Source: Minisyncoccota bacterium
GTDB lineage: Bacteria; Patescibacteriota; Minisyncoccia; Phycocordibacterales; UBA9973
DNA length: 64,000 bases
Assembly (NCBI GenBank): GCA_031413715.1
Contig: JANOFO010000007.1
Span: forward strand, 90,338-154,337
Direction of reading: 5' to 3'
The position numbers and the translations under genes were made by a program. Within the stretch, counting starts at the first letter, position 1. The number at the start of each line of letters is the position of its first letter. The notes under the pieces are model-generated. The model had not been told where the DNA came from. It worked only from the letters and a program-made list of their open reading frames with translations, and ran no database searches. Positions 10,656-20,598 of the stretch are shown here, in pieces.

Positions 10656-12608
10656 ATGTATATCGCGACAGTTATACCGATAAAAAAAGGTCTTCAAAAA
10701 GAATATTTGACCTATTTCTCTGCTCAAGAAATACCGCTTGGAACTATTGTCACGGTACCAGTACGAACCAAAACTGTTGACGCTATTGTGATAAGTATGG
10801 AAGACGCGCGCTCAATGAAGAGTGATCTAAAGAGCGCGGAATATAAATTAAAAAAAATTATTGGAGTAAAAGGTCGCTCCCCTTTCACTCGAGAGTTTTT
10901 CGTGGCATGCGAGCGAATGAAAGACTACACCGTAAGTAACACGGGCAACATTATCAAATCAATGCTTCCTACCGTATTTCTTGAAAATATACCTCTGCTT
11001 GATCTATTACAAAATGTAGAAGCGACAGAACGATCAGAGAATATAAAACATGAGAAAGTTATTTTTCAGGCTCTTACGCCTGATCGTATTGCGTTTTATC
11101 GGACACTTATTCGTGAAGCATTTGCCAAGAAGCAATCTATTTTTATCTGCGTACCGACTCGCTATGATATTGAAGAATGGAGAGGAGCGCTTGTAAAAGG
11201 TATCGAGCAGTACGTTTTTGCTTTTCATGGCGAAATGACCAAGAAGATCCTCATAAATTCTTATAACAAGGCAGTTAATGAAGCACACCCGATCCTGATC
11301 ATCGGTACCGGTATGTTTCTATCTATCCCTCGAGTAGATATAAAAACAATTATTATCGAACATGAGAGCTCGGATGCATACAAGCAGATAAGCAGACCTT
11401 TTACAGATATACGCAGTTTCGCTGAGATTCTTTCCTCAATTCAAAAATCTAAGCTTATTCTAAGCGACACGCTTCTGCGACCAGACACACTCTATAGACA
11501 TGAAGAAGGTGAACTTGGAGAAGTAGCTTCCCCATTATTCCGTCTGCCCCAAGCAGAACGGCAGATTGTCGTCGATATGAAAGAAGAAACAGATGCTAAG
11601 GGCGCGAAAAAGTTTACCGTCCTCTCTGAAAAAATAAAAAAAATCATTGAGACTGCAATCGATAAAAATGAGTCGGTATTTTTATTTTCTGTTCGTAAAG
11701 GTCTCGCAGGTGTAACCGTATGCCACGATTGCGGACATACGCTTCTGTGCCCTAATTGCTCCGCTCCAGTTGTTCTCTATGGTGCCAAACAGCGCACTGC
11801 AACCAAGATGGCCACTGCGCGGATATTCATGTGCAACAAATGCGGACGAAAAGAAACTACAGAAATCCGTTGTCCGGAATGTACGAGTTGGAATCTGACT
11901 CCACTGGGTGTTGGTACTGATCGAGTCTGTGAGGAAGTCCGAGCACTTTTTCCAAAAACTTTTGTCATCCAAATAGACAAGGAAGCTACTCCAACTGATA
12001 AGGAAGCAAAAAACGCAATCAATTTGTTTTATAAAAAGCCAGGAAGCATTTTGATCGGAACTGAAATGGCATTCTCATATCTCCATAATGAAGTGACACA
12101 TAGCGCTATTGTATCCTTGGATGGACTCCTCTCTATACCCTCTTTCAATATTACTCAGAAAATTTTGCATATTATTGAGAAGCTACACTATATAACAGAG
12201 AGTAATATGATCATACAGACGCGCATCCCCGAGAATCAGATTCTTCGGTATATACTCTCTGGCAATGTCTTGCCGCTATATCGTGAAGACTTAAAAGAAA
12301 GGAAATCGTTTGGCTACCCGCCATTCAAACGACTTATAAAGATCACCTTCGCAGGCACTGCAGGAGAGACAGACAAAGCTCGCACCTTTCTCGATCGCTT
12401 ACTTGGTAACTACGATCCGCAAATATTCTCGGCGTTCATCGGCCGGGTTCGCGGCCAGTACATTACAAACACTGTCATAAAAGTAGATCCGTCTTTATGG
12501 CAGCTTCCGACAAGCGAACAACACCTGACTCCTTCTTCTTTACGAGAAAGCCTCTCTCATCTACCTCCATCTTTTTCTATTAATGTCGATCCAGAGGATT
12601 TGTTATAG
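10656..12608 (+). CDS. priA: Primosomal protein N' (PriA), helicase motifs degenerate
   Basis: 3'-DNA-binding N-terminus, CxxC-CxxC-CxxC-CxxC Zn region, G.GT.RV, GYPPF. Confidence 0.85.
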   Translation: MYIATVIPIKKGLQKEYLTYFSAQEIPLGTIVTVPVRTKTVDAIVISMEDARSMKSDLKSAEYKLKKIIGVKGRSPFTREFFVACERMKDYTVSNTGNIIKSMLPTVFLENIPLLDLLQNVEATERSENIKHEKVIFQALTPDRIAFYRTLIREAFAKKQSIFICVPTRYDIEEWRGALVKGIEQYVFAFHGEMTKKILINSYNKAVNEAHPILIIGTGMFLSIPRVDIKTIIIEHESSDAYKQISRPFTDIRSFAEILSSIQKSKLILSDTLLRPDTLYRHEEGELGEVASPLFRLPQAERQIVVDMKEETDAKGAKKFTVLSEKIKKIIETAIDKNESVFLFSVRKGLAGVTVCHDCGHTLLCPNCSAPVVLYGAKQRTATKMATARIFMCNKCGRKETTEIRCPECTSWNLTPLGVGTDRVCEEVRALFPKTFVIQIDKEATPTDKEAKNAINLFYKKPGSILIGTEMAFSYLHNEVTHSAIVSLDGLLSIPSFNITQKILHIIEKLHYITESNMIIQTRIPENQILRYILSGNVLPLYREDLKERKSFGYPPFKRLIKITFAGTAGETDKARTFLDRLLGNYDPQIFSAFIGRVRGQYITNTVIKVDPSLWQLPTSEQHLTPSSLRESLSHLPPSFSINVDPEDLL

Positions 12609-12653
12609 CCATTCTTGCCTCGCATACATATATATGATACTATGTCCCCACAT

Positions 12654-12902
12654 ATGATTACTGTCATTGAGGTCAAGAAAAATACAAATGAAAGCAACAT
12701 GAACCTAGTTCGTCGCTTTTCACGCAAGGTTCAGGAATCTGGTATCATACAGAAAGTAAAAAGTAAACGCTATAACGAGCGCGATTTATCGAAACTAAAG
12801 ACAAAGCAAGCAACCCTCAAGCGCCTCGCTCGTCGTAAGAATCAGGAGAAGCTTATCAAGCTCGGCAAAGCTACCAAAGCTCCCATCCGCGGCCGACGTT
12901 AA
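12654..12902 (+). CDS. rpsU: 30S ribosomal protein S21
   Basis: IEVKKNTNESNMNLVRRFSRKVQESG, basic; start codon uncertain. Confidence 0.8.
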   Translation: MITVIEVKKNTNESNMNLVRRFSRKVQESGIIQKVKSKRYNERDLSKLKTKQATLKRLARRKNQEKLIKLGKATKAPIRGRR

Positions 12903-12905
12903 AAT

Positions 12906-13292
12906 ATGGCAGACAAAGAATTCTGCACAATTAGAAATACTACAAAAGACAAGCTTCCACGCTTGTCTTTTGTGTCTATAAAAAATAAAATACTTGGACA
13001 GAAATATGATCTGTCAGTGAGTTTTATATCTCCGCGAGAACAAAAAAAGATAAATAAAAAGTACCGCGGAAAAGACACGACGACCAATATCCTATCTTTT
13101 TCTCTTTCAGAAGATTCTGGTGAAATCACATTTGATCTTAATAAGGTCAAAGCCGATGCTCCCCAATTTGATATGACCTATCCTCGATTCTTAAAATATC
13201 TGTTTATCCACGGCTGCTTGCATTTGAAAGGTTTCGAACATAGTAGTACAATGGAAAAAGAAGAGAAGAAATTTCTCAAGATTTTTAAGTAA
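12906..13292 (+). CDS. ybeY: rRNA maturation endoribonuclease YbeY
   Basis: NKKYRGKDTTTNILSF, HGCLHLKGFEH. Confidence 0.92.
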   Translation: MADKEFCTIRNTTKDKLPRLSFVSIKNKILGQKYDLSVSFISPREQKKINKKYRGKDTTTNILSFSLSEDSGEITFDLNKVKADAPQFDMTYPRFLKYLFIHGCLHLKGFEHSSTMEKEEKKFLKIFK

Positions 13293-13311
13293 ACTCTTCA
13301 CTTTTTAACTA

Positions 13312-14487
13312 ATGGCAAAAATGAACTACACTTGCGGTATTGACGTGGGCACGCATACGACGCGGGTGGTAGTCGTGGGCTATACAAAAGAAGATAAATC
13401 TCCGTATACCTTGGCTGTCGGCCAAGCGGCTACTTCTGGTATGCGCTTGGGCTACATAACCAATACTGACCATGTGGCAACAAGCATCAAAGAGGCTTTG
13501 CGACAGGCTGAAAAAACTCTTGGATTCAAAATTCGCAAGGCATATGTATCGATCGGAGGCATAAGCTTGGGTTCGATTGTTTCTATTGGTTCAGTAGTTA
13601 TCTCTCGAGCTGATCAGGAAATAACTCATCTAGATATTTCTAAGGCTCTCGCCGACAGCGAGGAGAATTTAGAAATCTTGAATAAGAAAATAATTCATAT
13701 TATCCCGATCGGATACAAACTTGACGGCAAGGATATCCACGGCCGACCCGAGGGCATGAAAGGTGTGAAGCTTGAAATAAAAACACTCTTTGTCACGTGC
13801 TTGAAGCAAAATATAGAAGATCTTATTACTTCTCTTGCTCTTGCAGGAATAGAAGTGGAAGATGTTATCGCATCGCCTATTGCAAGTTCCGTTATGCTCC
13901 TTGGAACCAAGCAGCGGGCTGCCGGGTGCGCCCTTATCGATATAGGAGCCGAAACAGTGGCTATTGCAGTCTTTGAAAATAACCTTTTAATGTCACTTCA
14001 AGTCTTTTCTATAGGCAGCATGGACATTACCAAAGATGTTGCTCTCGGATTTAAGATCGCCTTGGAGGAGGCAGAGAGTATCAAGCTTGGCTCTGTTACC
14101 GGAGGAGACTATCCAAAGAAAAAAGTGGATGAGATCATTGAAGCGCGTCTTTCAGATATATTTGAACTGGTCGGCAACCACTTGAAGCGCCAACGGCGCA
14201 GTGAACTTTTGCCTGCAGGTGTCGTGATCACTGGTGGTGGTTCACACATCGGTCGTATAGAAGAACTGGCACGCACTCAACTGAAGCTTCCTGCACGAGT
14301 AGGACCAGTAGACAGCGCAATTATCAATAAATTTAAAATTCGTGATTCTTCCTGGTACACCGCATACGGACTTGCGCTATCAGCTACTGATTCATCTTTG
14401 AATAGCAATATCCATAGTTCTATTGGAGATAATATAAAGCAAGTAAAAGGATTTTTCAAAACTTTATTGTCTCAGCTTTTACCATAA
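13312..14487 (+). CDS. ftsA: Cell division protein FtsA
   Basis: GIDVGT, IDIGAET, GVVITGGGS; directly upstream of ftsZ. Confidence 0.95.
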   Translation: MAKMNYTCGIDVGTHTTRVVVVGYTKEDKSPYTLAVGQAATSGMRLGYITNTDHVATSIKEALRQAEKTLGFKIRKAYVSIGGISLGSIVSIGSVVISRADQEITHLDISKALADSEENLEILNKKIIHIIPIGYKLDGKDIHGRPEGMKGVKLEIKTLFVTCLKQNIEDLITSLALAGIEVEDVIASPIASSVMLLGTKQRAAGCALIDIGAETVAIAVFENNLLMSLQVFSIGSMDITKDVALGFKIALEEAESIKLGSVTGGDYPKKKVDEIIEARLSDIFELVGNHLKRQRRSELLPAGVVITGGGSHIGRIEELARTQLKLPARVGPVDSAIINKFKIRDSSWYTAYGLALSATDSSLNSNIHSSIGDNIKQVKGFFKTLLSQLLP

Positions 14488-14593
14488 AACTCTCTTTTGT
14501 CAAAAAATGGAGGTGTAGCCTTTTTATAAATTTCTGCTATTATGTACCTACAAAAGATATATTATTAAAAGCAGTAATTCACCTATCATAAAT

Positions 14594-15766
14594 ATGGCTA
14601 AAATCACCACAGACGTTGAATCTTTCGCTCGAATCAAGGTTATTGGAATCGGCGGATCAGGCAAGAACGCCCTCAATCACATGATAAGTTGCAAAGTCAA
14701 AGGAGTCGAGTTTATCGTTATGAATACCGATACTCAGGACCTCCATAACTCCTTCGCTGAAAAGAAAGTCCACCTTGGCAAGAACCTTACCAAGGGTCTT
14801 GGCGCAGGTATGAACCCTGAAATCGGCAAGCGTGCAGCCGAAGAAACAAAGGCAGAGATCCAGGATGTCATCAAAGGCGCAGATATGGTTTTCATCGCAT
14901 GTGGAATGGGTGGAGGTACAGGAACAGGAGCAGCTCCTATTGTTGCTCAGGCTGCTAAAGAACAAGGCATACTTACTGTTGCTGTTGTAACAAAACCTTT
15001 CTCTTTCGAAGGTAACCAGCGCATGAAACTCGCCGATGAAGGATTGGCGCTTCTTGAACATGAAGTAGATGCAATTTTAGTAATTCCAAATGACAGACTT
15101 ATCATTATCTCTGGCAAAGAGGTAGGTTTCCGTGAAGCATTTGCGATGTGCGATGAAGTTTTGAAGCAAGCAGTTGAGGGAATTTCGGAACTAATTACTA
15201 CTCCAGGCATGGTGAATGTTGACTTTGCTGATATTCGTGCAGTCATGCACGATGCAGGTTCAGCACTGATGGGCGTAGGTATCGCAGCTGGCGATGGCCG
15301 TGCTGAAAAAGCAGCTCTAGCTGCTATCAACTCGCCTCTTCTTGACCTTTCTATCTCTGGTGCAAAAGGCGTACTCTTTGCAATATCCGGCGGTGATGAT
15401 CTGACAATTCATGAGATAAGTGAAGCCGCAAAAGTAATTACAGAATCCATAGACAAAGATGCAAAAGTCATTTTCGGTACTATCCGCGACGAGAAGCTTA
15501 AAAAAGGTGAGATGAAAGTTACCGTCATTGCCACCGGTTTCCCTACCGACATGCCACGTCGTTCACTTTTTCAGAGTCAAGCTCGTACAGGTGATCAAAC
15601 TATAGCCACAGCAACAAAAGAAGATATCATCCAAGCAGTCACGAAGGAAACAGGAAAAGACTCTGACTATATAAAAAAGACCGGCAAAGAAAAAGAGGAT
15701 GATCTATTCATAGATGATACAGATGACTGGAGCACTGTTCCAGCATTCTTGAGACGTAAAAAATAG
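14594..15766 (+). CDS. ftsZ: Cell division protein FtsZ
   Basis: GMGGGTGTG tubulin signature, NVDFAD, C-terminal VPAFLRRK. Confidence 0.98.
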   Translation: MAKITTDVESFARIKVIGIGGSGKNALNHMISCKVKGVEFIVMNTDTQDLHNSFAEKKVHLGKNLTKGLGAGMNPEIGKRAAEETKAEIQDVIKGADMVFIACGMGGGTGTGAAPIVAQAAKEQGILTVAVVTKPFSFEGNQRMKLADEGLALLEHEVDAILVIPNDRLIIISGKEVGFREAFAMCDEVLKQAVEGISELITTPGMVNVDFADIRAVMHDAGSALMGVGIAAGDGRAEKAALAAINSPLLDLSISGAKGVLFAISGGDDLTIHEISEAAKVITESIDKDAKVIFGTIRDEKLKKGEMKVTVIATGFPTDMPRRSLFQSQARTGDQTIATATKEDIIQAVTKETGKDSDYIKKTGKEKEDDLFIDDTDDWSTVPAFLRRKK

Positions 15767-15773
15767 TATAAGC

Positions 15774-15885
15774 AAAATCAAAAATAGTCATCTTGTAGGA
15801 CACGCATATTTTTCTGTTGAAAAATTGCTCTGCTCGCGCCAGTCGCGCTTGTGCAAGTTCCTACAAGATGACTATTTTTGATTTT
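15774..15885. repeat. Palindromic intergenic element with 27-bp perfect terminal inverted repeats
   Basis: aaaatcaaaaatagtcatcttgtagga (15774-15800) and its reverse complement (15859-15885) around a 58-bp core. Confidence 0.85.
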
Positions 15886-15902
15886 TAGTATAAAATGTGA
15901 CA

Positions 15903-16850
15903 ATGTACGATTTAATTATCTTGGGTGGCGGACCGGCTGGTACTGCAGCAAGTGTTTACGCTGCTCGTAAACAATTAAAAACTGCCTTGATCACCAGTGA
16001 ATTCGGCGGCCAATCTGTGGTATCCGAACTTATCTACAACTGGATTGGAACGCCCGAAATATCTGGCAAAGACCTTGGAGAGAATTTGAAAAAACACGCC
16101 CTTTACTACAAGGGGGCATTTCTTGATGTCATAGAAGGAGAAAAGATTACCAAAGTAGAAAAGAAAGATAAAGTTATTACTATTACTACAGAATCTGGAA
16201 AGACATACGATACTATGACATTACTCGTTGCTACAGGAAGTGGCAGGCGTAAGCTCGATGTCACAAACGCTGAAAAATTTGAAAACAAAGGGATCACCTA
16301 CTGTGCATCATGCGATGGTCCCCTTTTTGCAGATCAAGATGTTCTTGTCATTGGCGGAGGCAATGCCGGCTTTGAGACGGCGGCACAGCTCTTGGCATAT
16401 TGTAAAAGCGTGACGATGGTTCATCGAAGTGCAGATTTCAGAGCAGATGAGATCACAGTCAAAAAAATATTTGAGAATCCGAAATTCAAAGCGATTACCA
16501 ATGCAGAAATAACGGAAGTAAATAGCCTGCCCGTGCAGGCAGGTGATCCTCAATTTGTAAGCTCTCTTACCTATAAAGATAAGATTTCTGGAGGGTTAGT
16601 GACCATACCGACAACTGGTATATTCGTCGAAATTGGTCAGATCCCTAATACAGATTTTATGAAAGGAATTGTGGATATCGACTCGTTTGGTAAAATCGTT
16701 GTAGACCCTATGACCCAGATGACTAAGACCCCTGGCATCTGGGCAGCTGGAGACTGTACTAATGGCAGATACCATCAGAATAACATAGCAGCCGGCGACG
16801 CGGTAAAAGCACTAGAAGATCTCTATATCTGGGTGCATAAGAATAAGTAA
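15903..16850 (+). CDS. trxB: Thioredoxin-disulfide reductase (TrxB/AhpF C-terminal-like)
   Basis: GGGPAG, YCASCDG, IGGGNAG, AAGD; start set at TAAAAT-N6-ATG. Confidence 0.88.
   Translation: MYDLIILGGGPAGTAASVYAARKQLKTALITSEFGGQSVVSELIYNWIGTPEISGKDLGENLKKHALYYKGAFLDVIEGEKITKVEKKDKVITITTESGKTYDTMTLLVATGSGRRKLDVTNAEKFENKGITYCASCDGPLFADQDVLVIGGGNAGFETAAQLLAYCKSVTMVHRSADFRADEITVKKIFENPKFKAITNAEITEVNSLPVQAGDPQFVSSLTYKDKISGGLVTIPTTGIFVEIGQIPNTDFMKGIVDIDSFGKIVVDPMTQMTKTPGIWAAGDCTNGRYHQNNIAAGDAVKALEDLYIWVHKNK
16526..16543. repeat. 18-bp near-palindrome inserted in frame in trxB
   Basis: cctgcccgtgcaggcagg encodes (S)LPVQAG; 16/18 identical to 36410-36427. Confidence 0.75.
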
Positions 16851-17597
16851 TTACTTATTTACTATTGTTTCAAGTCTTTCTAATTCTTCAATTGTATTCA
16901 CTCCAAGAGCTTCTTCTGGACTTATAGCAACAGATGCAATACTTTTCTCAGCGGCTGCATGCTCTACGAGATCTGTTAGATAGTACTCACTTTGTGCATT
17001 TTCGTTTTTTAGTTTTGCCAAGTGTTCAAAGAGCCATTTCTTTTCGAAACAAAAATAGCATGGATTTACTTCCTTCAATTCTTTTTCAAATTCGCTCGCA
17101 TCTTTGAATTCTACGCTACGGACAATTTTCCCATCTTCTGCACGAACAATCCGACTAAACGGTTTATAAAAAACTTGGTACCAATCATCGAACGATGGTA
17201 CCGTAACAGTCGCCATTGTAAGTGAGCAATTACTTTTGGCGTGAACAGCTATCAGGTTTGCAATCATAGCGCCTGTAACCGCAGGAGCATCGCCATAGAG
17301 CACGAGTATATGTTCCACAGACTCGGGAATACTTCCTTCAGTAACTCTTACGGCATGACCAGTGCCAAGTTGTTCTTCTTGAACTACATAAGTCGCTTCA
17401 GTTCCCAAGTGATTTATAATTTCTTCTTTTTTATATCCGACGACAAGAATAGGTTTTCCTACAACACCACTATGTTTAACTGCTTGCATGAGATAGTCAA
17501 TTATCGGCTTACCATTAAAAAGCACTAGCGCTTTTGGCATCTCAATATTCATTCTTTTTCCTTGCCCACCGGCCAGTATTAGGATTTGGGTATTCAT
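16851..17597 (-). CDS. Sugar-nucleotidyltransferase (GlmU N-terminal domain only)
   Basis: ILAGGQGKRM...PKAL, QLGTGHAV, LYGD, NAQSEYYLTD; no hexapeptide acetyltransferase domain. Confidence 0.85.
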   Translation of the reverse strand: MNTQILILAGGQGKRMNIEMPKALVLFNGKPIIDYLMQAVKHSGVVGKPILVVGYKKEEIINHLGTEATYVVQEEQLGTGHAVRVTEGSIPESVEHILVLYGDAPAVTGAMIANLIAVHAKSNCSLTMATVTVPSFDDWYQVFYKPFSRIVRAEDGKIVRSVEFKDASEFEKELKEVNPCYFCFEKKWLFEHLAKLKNENAQSEYYLTDLVEHAAAEKSIASVAISPEEALGVNTIEELERLETIVNK

Positions 17598-17617
17598 AAA
17601 GTGTAATTAATTTTTTG

Positions 17618-17690
17618 TGCGCGATAGAGGAGTCGAACCTCTGACCTACCCCACGTCAAGGGGTCGCTCTACCAACTGAGCTAACCGCGC
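17618..17690 (-). tRNA. tRNA-Val(GAC)
   Basis: gcgcggttagctcagttggtagagcg acccc ttGACgt ggggt ... ggttcgactcc; CCA not encoded. Confidence 0.95.
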
Positions 17691-17698
17691 ATTGCTTG

Positions 17699-17785
17699 CG
17701 GAAGCGGTGAGATTTGAACTCACGAGAAGTTTTCACCCCTGCCGCTTTTCGAGAGCGGTGCCTTCAACCACTCAGCCACGCTTCC
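17699..17785 (-). tRNA. tRNA-Ser(CGA)
   Basis: ggaagcgtggctgagtgg...ccgct ctCGAaa agcgg, long variable arm, gttcaaatc; CCA not encoded. Confidence 0.95.
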
Positions 17786-18012
17786 GCCCGCCATTATACA
17801 GAATTGGAACTATATTATCAATAATCGTCGGAGCTTGTTAAAACTACAGAAATAGTGTAATCTACAGTTTAATTCGCAATTGGTGTATCTAAAAAAGGGC
17901 ACAGTGTTTTTCCTGGACAAGTACCAAGAGTGCCCTTTTTAAAAAATTTGATCTTTTAGTTTTCTCTGAGCCAATAAAAACGATTACCGTCTTCATAACA
18001 GGGTATATCGTT

Positions 18013-18043
18013 ACCTCTCCAGATTCTGGAGAGGTTTTTTTAT
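18013..18043. terminator. Terminator hairpin
   Basis: acctctccaga-t-tctggagaggt followed by a T-run. Confidence 0.7.
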
Positions 18044-18053
18044 TGGAAGAGCA

Positions 18054-18332
18054 TTATTGAGATCCTGGCTTTTTTAAATCAGCAATTTGGAGTGGGCTTT
18101 GAATCTGAGGCGGTGTCATATCTATTTCTCCGAATTGCCTCTCATAATTTTTGATCTGACCATCTATCCATATAGCAATACTCTTCATCTGCTGGGGAGT
18201 AGCAGCAAAAGAGTCGAGGCTGTTGCCAGAAGTTATAGCAAAGGAAAAGAATTCCTTGCCATATGCTCCAATAGCTCCATCGCAGAACTTCTTGGGCAGT
18301 TGATTCATGTCTATTTTTGTTGGGTCAATCAT
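18054..18332 (-). CDS. DUF3467-like small protein
   Basis: MIDPTKID...TPQQMKSIAIWIDGQIKNYERQFGEI resembles the DUF3467 C-terminal motif; TGcTATAAT-N7-ATG supports the start at 18332 rather than 18515. Confidence 0.65.
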   Translation of the reverse strand: MIDPTKIDMNQLPKKFCDGAIGAYGKEFFSFAITSGNSLDSFAATPQQMKSIAIWIDGQIKNYERQFGEIDMTPPQIQSPLQIADLKKPGSQ

Positions 18333-18518
18333 GAATGTAATTATAGCATTAAAAACGATGAGGTAATAATAATTCCCTCTTTGATATCCGAAAGCTAAGT
18401 CACCCGATTGAACAGTTAGGCTATTTGGTAATATTCCAGAGGTGTGACCATTGTATAATCTAACATATTTCATATATCTTTTGCGATTTTTCCAAAAATG
18501 AAGTAATATAGGCATTAC

Positions 18519-18580
18519 TGGCCCTATATCGTCTAGCCTAGTTAGAATGTAGTGGATGTGGGCTTTTCAAACCGTAACAG
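18519..18580 (+). pseudogene. Degenerate copy of the tRNA-Glu 5' two-thirds
   Basis: tggccctat[at]cgtcta...gttag...ggcttttcaaaccgtaa versus the intact tggccctatcgtcta...gttag...ggcttttcaagccggtaa. Confidence 0.55.
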
Positions 18581-18622
18581 GTAGCACAGTTGAAAATTAT
18601 TATGTTATTGTAGTTTAGTTAT

Positions 18623-18697
18623 GGCCCTATCGTCTAACGGTTAGGACATCGGCTTTTCAAGCCGGTAATCCGGGTTCGATTCCCGGTAGGGTCACCA
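18623..18697 (+). tRNA. tRNA-Glu(TTC), integration site of island 1
   Basis: ggccctatcgtctaacggttaggaca tcggc ttTTCaa gccgg ... gggttcgattccc...gtcacca. Confidence 0.96.
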
Positions 18698-20207
18698 AAC
18701 GATTCACTTCATCCATAAATTCAGGTTCTATGTTGTAAACACAACATAATTCAGGAGTTTTAATAGTTGGATAGTGATAATAGAGATTGGAAGGAAAAAG
18801 TAGGGTTCTTAAAACTCTAAGGTCTTTCACATAGATGTCTTCCCAAATTTCAGGAAGATGCTTTAGAAATTCAACCCCTGTATCAACAACCCTATCTATT
18901 TCAAGTTCAGGAGAGGACAACTCACTCAAATCTTTTTGTAATTGCAATATTTCTATTTTGCACTTTTCATTTGCTGGTAAAAAGTCTTCATCTGATATCT
19001 TTGTTTCAAGTCTTAGATTTAGCAACTTATCTTTCTTGTCTCTTATTTCTGCAATCCTCATGTTAATTTTCTTTTCCGAGGTAGTAATAGAATTCAATTC
19101 ATTTTTATGAGCAAGTTTAATTGCCTCTTTGAGAACATCAAAGTGCTTATCATCAGGGGTCATCTTTGTAAGAAATTCAGTAAACTCTTCTTCCATATCT
19201 TTCTTTGGTATAGCAGTCCTCTTAGGACAATCACCACAAAAACAGCCATAATACTGGTAGTACTTGGTTTTACCTTTTGTCTTTCCTCCAGAGATACTCT
19301 TGCCACAACCACTGCATTTTATACCCCGCAGGGGATAGTCAGGACTATCCCTATTACGAGCTAACTTTCTTCCAGCCACACCTCTTTTATTACCACTACC
19401 ATTAGCTTCATTAAAGAGTTCAACAGAAATTATTGGTTTATGGCTACCTTCAACATCAACACCAAATTTTTGAACCACAATTCTGCCACAGTAAATTGGG
19501 TTTTTAAGGATTTTAGCGACTAGTTGCTTGCTTATTTTCATACCATGCCTACTTTTTTGTCCGCACTTATTTGCCAATCCTGCCAATTCCTTACAACTAT
19601 ATTTTCCCGTGATATGCTTCTCAAAAATCATTTTTATCACTGGTGCTCTTTCTGAGTGAGGAATAATAATTTTGTTGCCTAATTTATCTTTTGTATTTAC
19701 ATATCCCCAAGGAGCACCATTAGGCCATAAACCTTTGAGTGCTCTTGCTTTCATTCCTTCACCAGTTCTTTGAGACCTGACATCATTATCAAACTGAGCA
19801 AAGGCAGCCAGCATTGTTTCTTGCAATTTACCGCTAGGACTATCATCAAAAGCCTCTGTTACAGAAACTAAAGAGATATTTAATTTTTTAAGAAAGCTTC
19901 TAAATGCAAGATGTTCACCAGCGTTTCTGAAAAATCTATCAACTTTGTATATGACAACTCTGTCAATTTGTTTTTTGTTCTTATCACAGAACCTCAGCAT
20001 TTCCTGAAATCTTGTTCTGTTTTCCGTCTTCGCACTCTCTCCCTCTTCTCTAAATACTTTTAAGACAGTATGTTCAGTTCTTTTAGAGAATTCTCTGGAG
20101 AACTTTTCTTGATTGTCTAAGCTAAAATTCTCAACTTGTTCTTTTGATGACACACGCACATAGATGACATCATTTTTAGGTTTTTCTATTTTAGGTTTTA
20201 TTTTCAT
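18657..20207 (-). CDS. Large serine recombinase (resolvase + recombinase + Zn ribbon)
   Basis: IYVRVSS catalytic Ser, VIYKVDRFFRN, CSGCG...YYGC, coiled coil; last codons read the antisense tRNA-Glu. Confidence 0.93.
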   Translation of the reverse strand: MKIKPKIEKPKNDVIYVRVSSKEQVENFSLDNQEKFSREFSKRTEHTVLKVFREEGESAKTENRTRFQEMLRFCDKNKKQIDRVVIYKVDRFFRNAGEHLAFRSFLKKLNISLVSVTEAFDDSPSGKLQETMLAAFAQFDNDVRSQRTGEGMKARALKGLWPNGAPWGYVNTKDKLGNKIIIPHSERAPVIKMIFEKHITGKYSCKELAGLANKCGQKSRHGMKISKQLVAKILKNPIYCGRIVVQKFGVDVEGSHKPIISVELFNEANGSGNKRGVAGRKLARNRDSPDYPLRGIKCSGCGKSISGGKTKGKTKYYQYYGCFCGDCPKRTAIPKKDMEEEFTEFLTKMTPDDKHFDVLKEAIKLAHKNELNSITTSEKKINMRIAEIRDKKDKLLNLRLETKISDEDFLPANEKCKIEILQLQKDLSELSSPELEIDRVVDTGVEFLKHLPEIWEDIYVKDLRVLRTLLFPSNLYYHYPTIKTPELCCVYNIEPEFMDEVNRLVTLPGIEPGLPA

Positions 20208-20319
20208 AAATTTGTTATTAGTTAATTTAAACTCTTTTCCCAAAAATCTCAAAATGTTTGTTCTGGAATTAAAGAGCTTATTGTTCTTGTAATTTGGTTT
20301 GCACGGCAAATAGCCACAT

Positions 20320-20526
20320 TTATGGGGAATTACCTGCTGACGCTAGTAAATCCTCCGCATTCTGTGGTTTTGGTGGTTTAAAGTGCTGTTTAATCTGTAG
20401 CCTGACGAGGAATAAAGCCAGTTCATATAGATTTTTGGCAGTTTTCTCTAAATCCTGTTCTGGAACTTTTGAATTGATTCTTTTCAGGTGTTCTATTATT
20501 TTTTGGACTTCTTCTGTGTTAAACAT
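20320..20526 (-). CDS. Small hypothetical protein upstream of the recombinase
   Basis: 68-aa ORF; EQDLEKTAKNLYEL resembles DQDLHDIAFNLVNY of 48143..48352. Confidence 0.6.
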   Translation of the reverse strand: MFNTEEVQKIIEHLKRINSKVPEQDLEKTAKNLYELALFLVRLQIKQHFKPPKPQNAEDLLASAGNSP

Positions 20527-20598
20527 AAAAAATCCCCTGTTGGGGACTTCTTGAAGTCTATACTTTGAGTTTCTTTTAAGGTCCTAACTCATCCTAAT

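Noticed and set aside
18333-18515. N-terminal extension of ORF 18054..18515
   Set aside because: A -10 box sits 7 nt before ATG 18332, and the extension overlaps promoter-like sequence.
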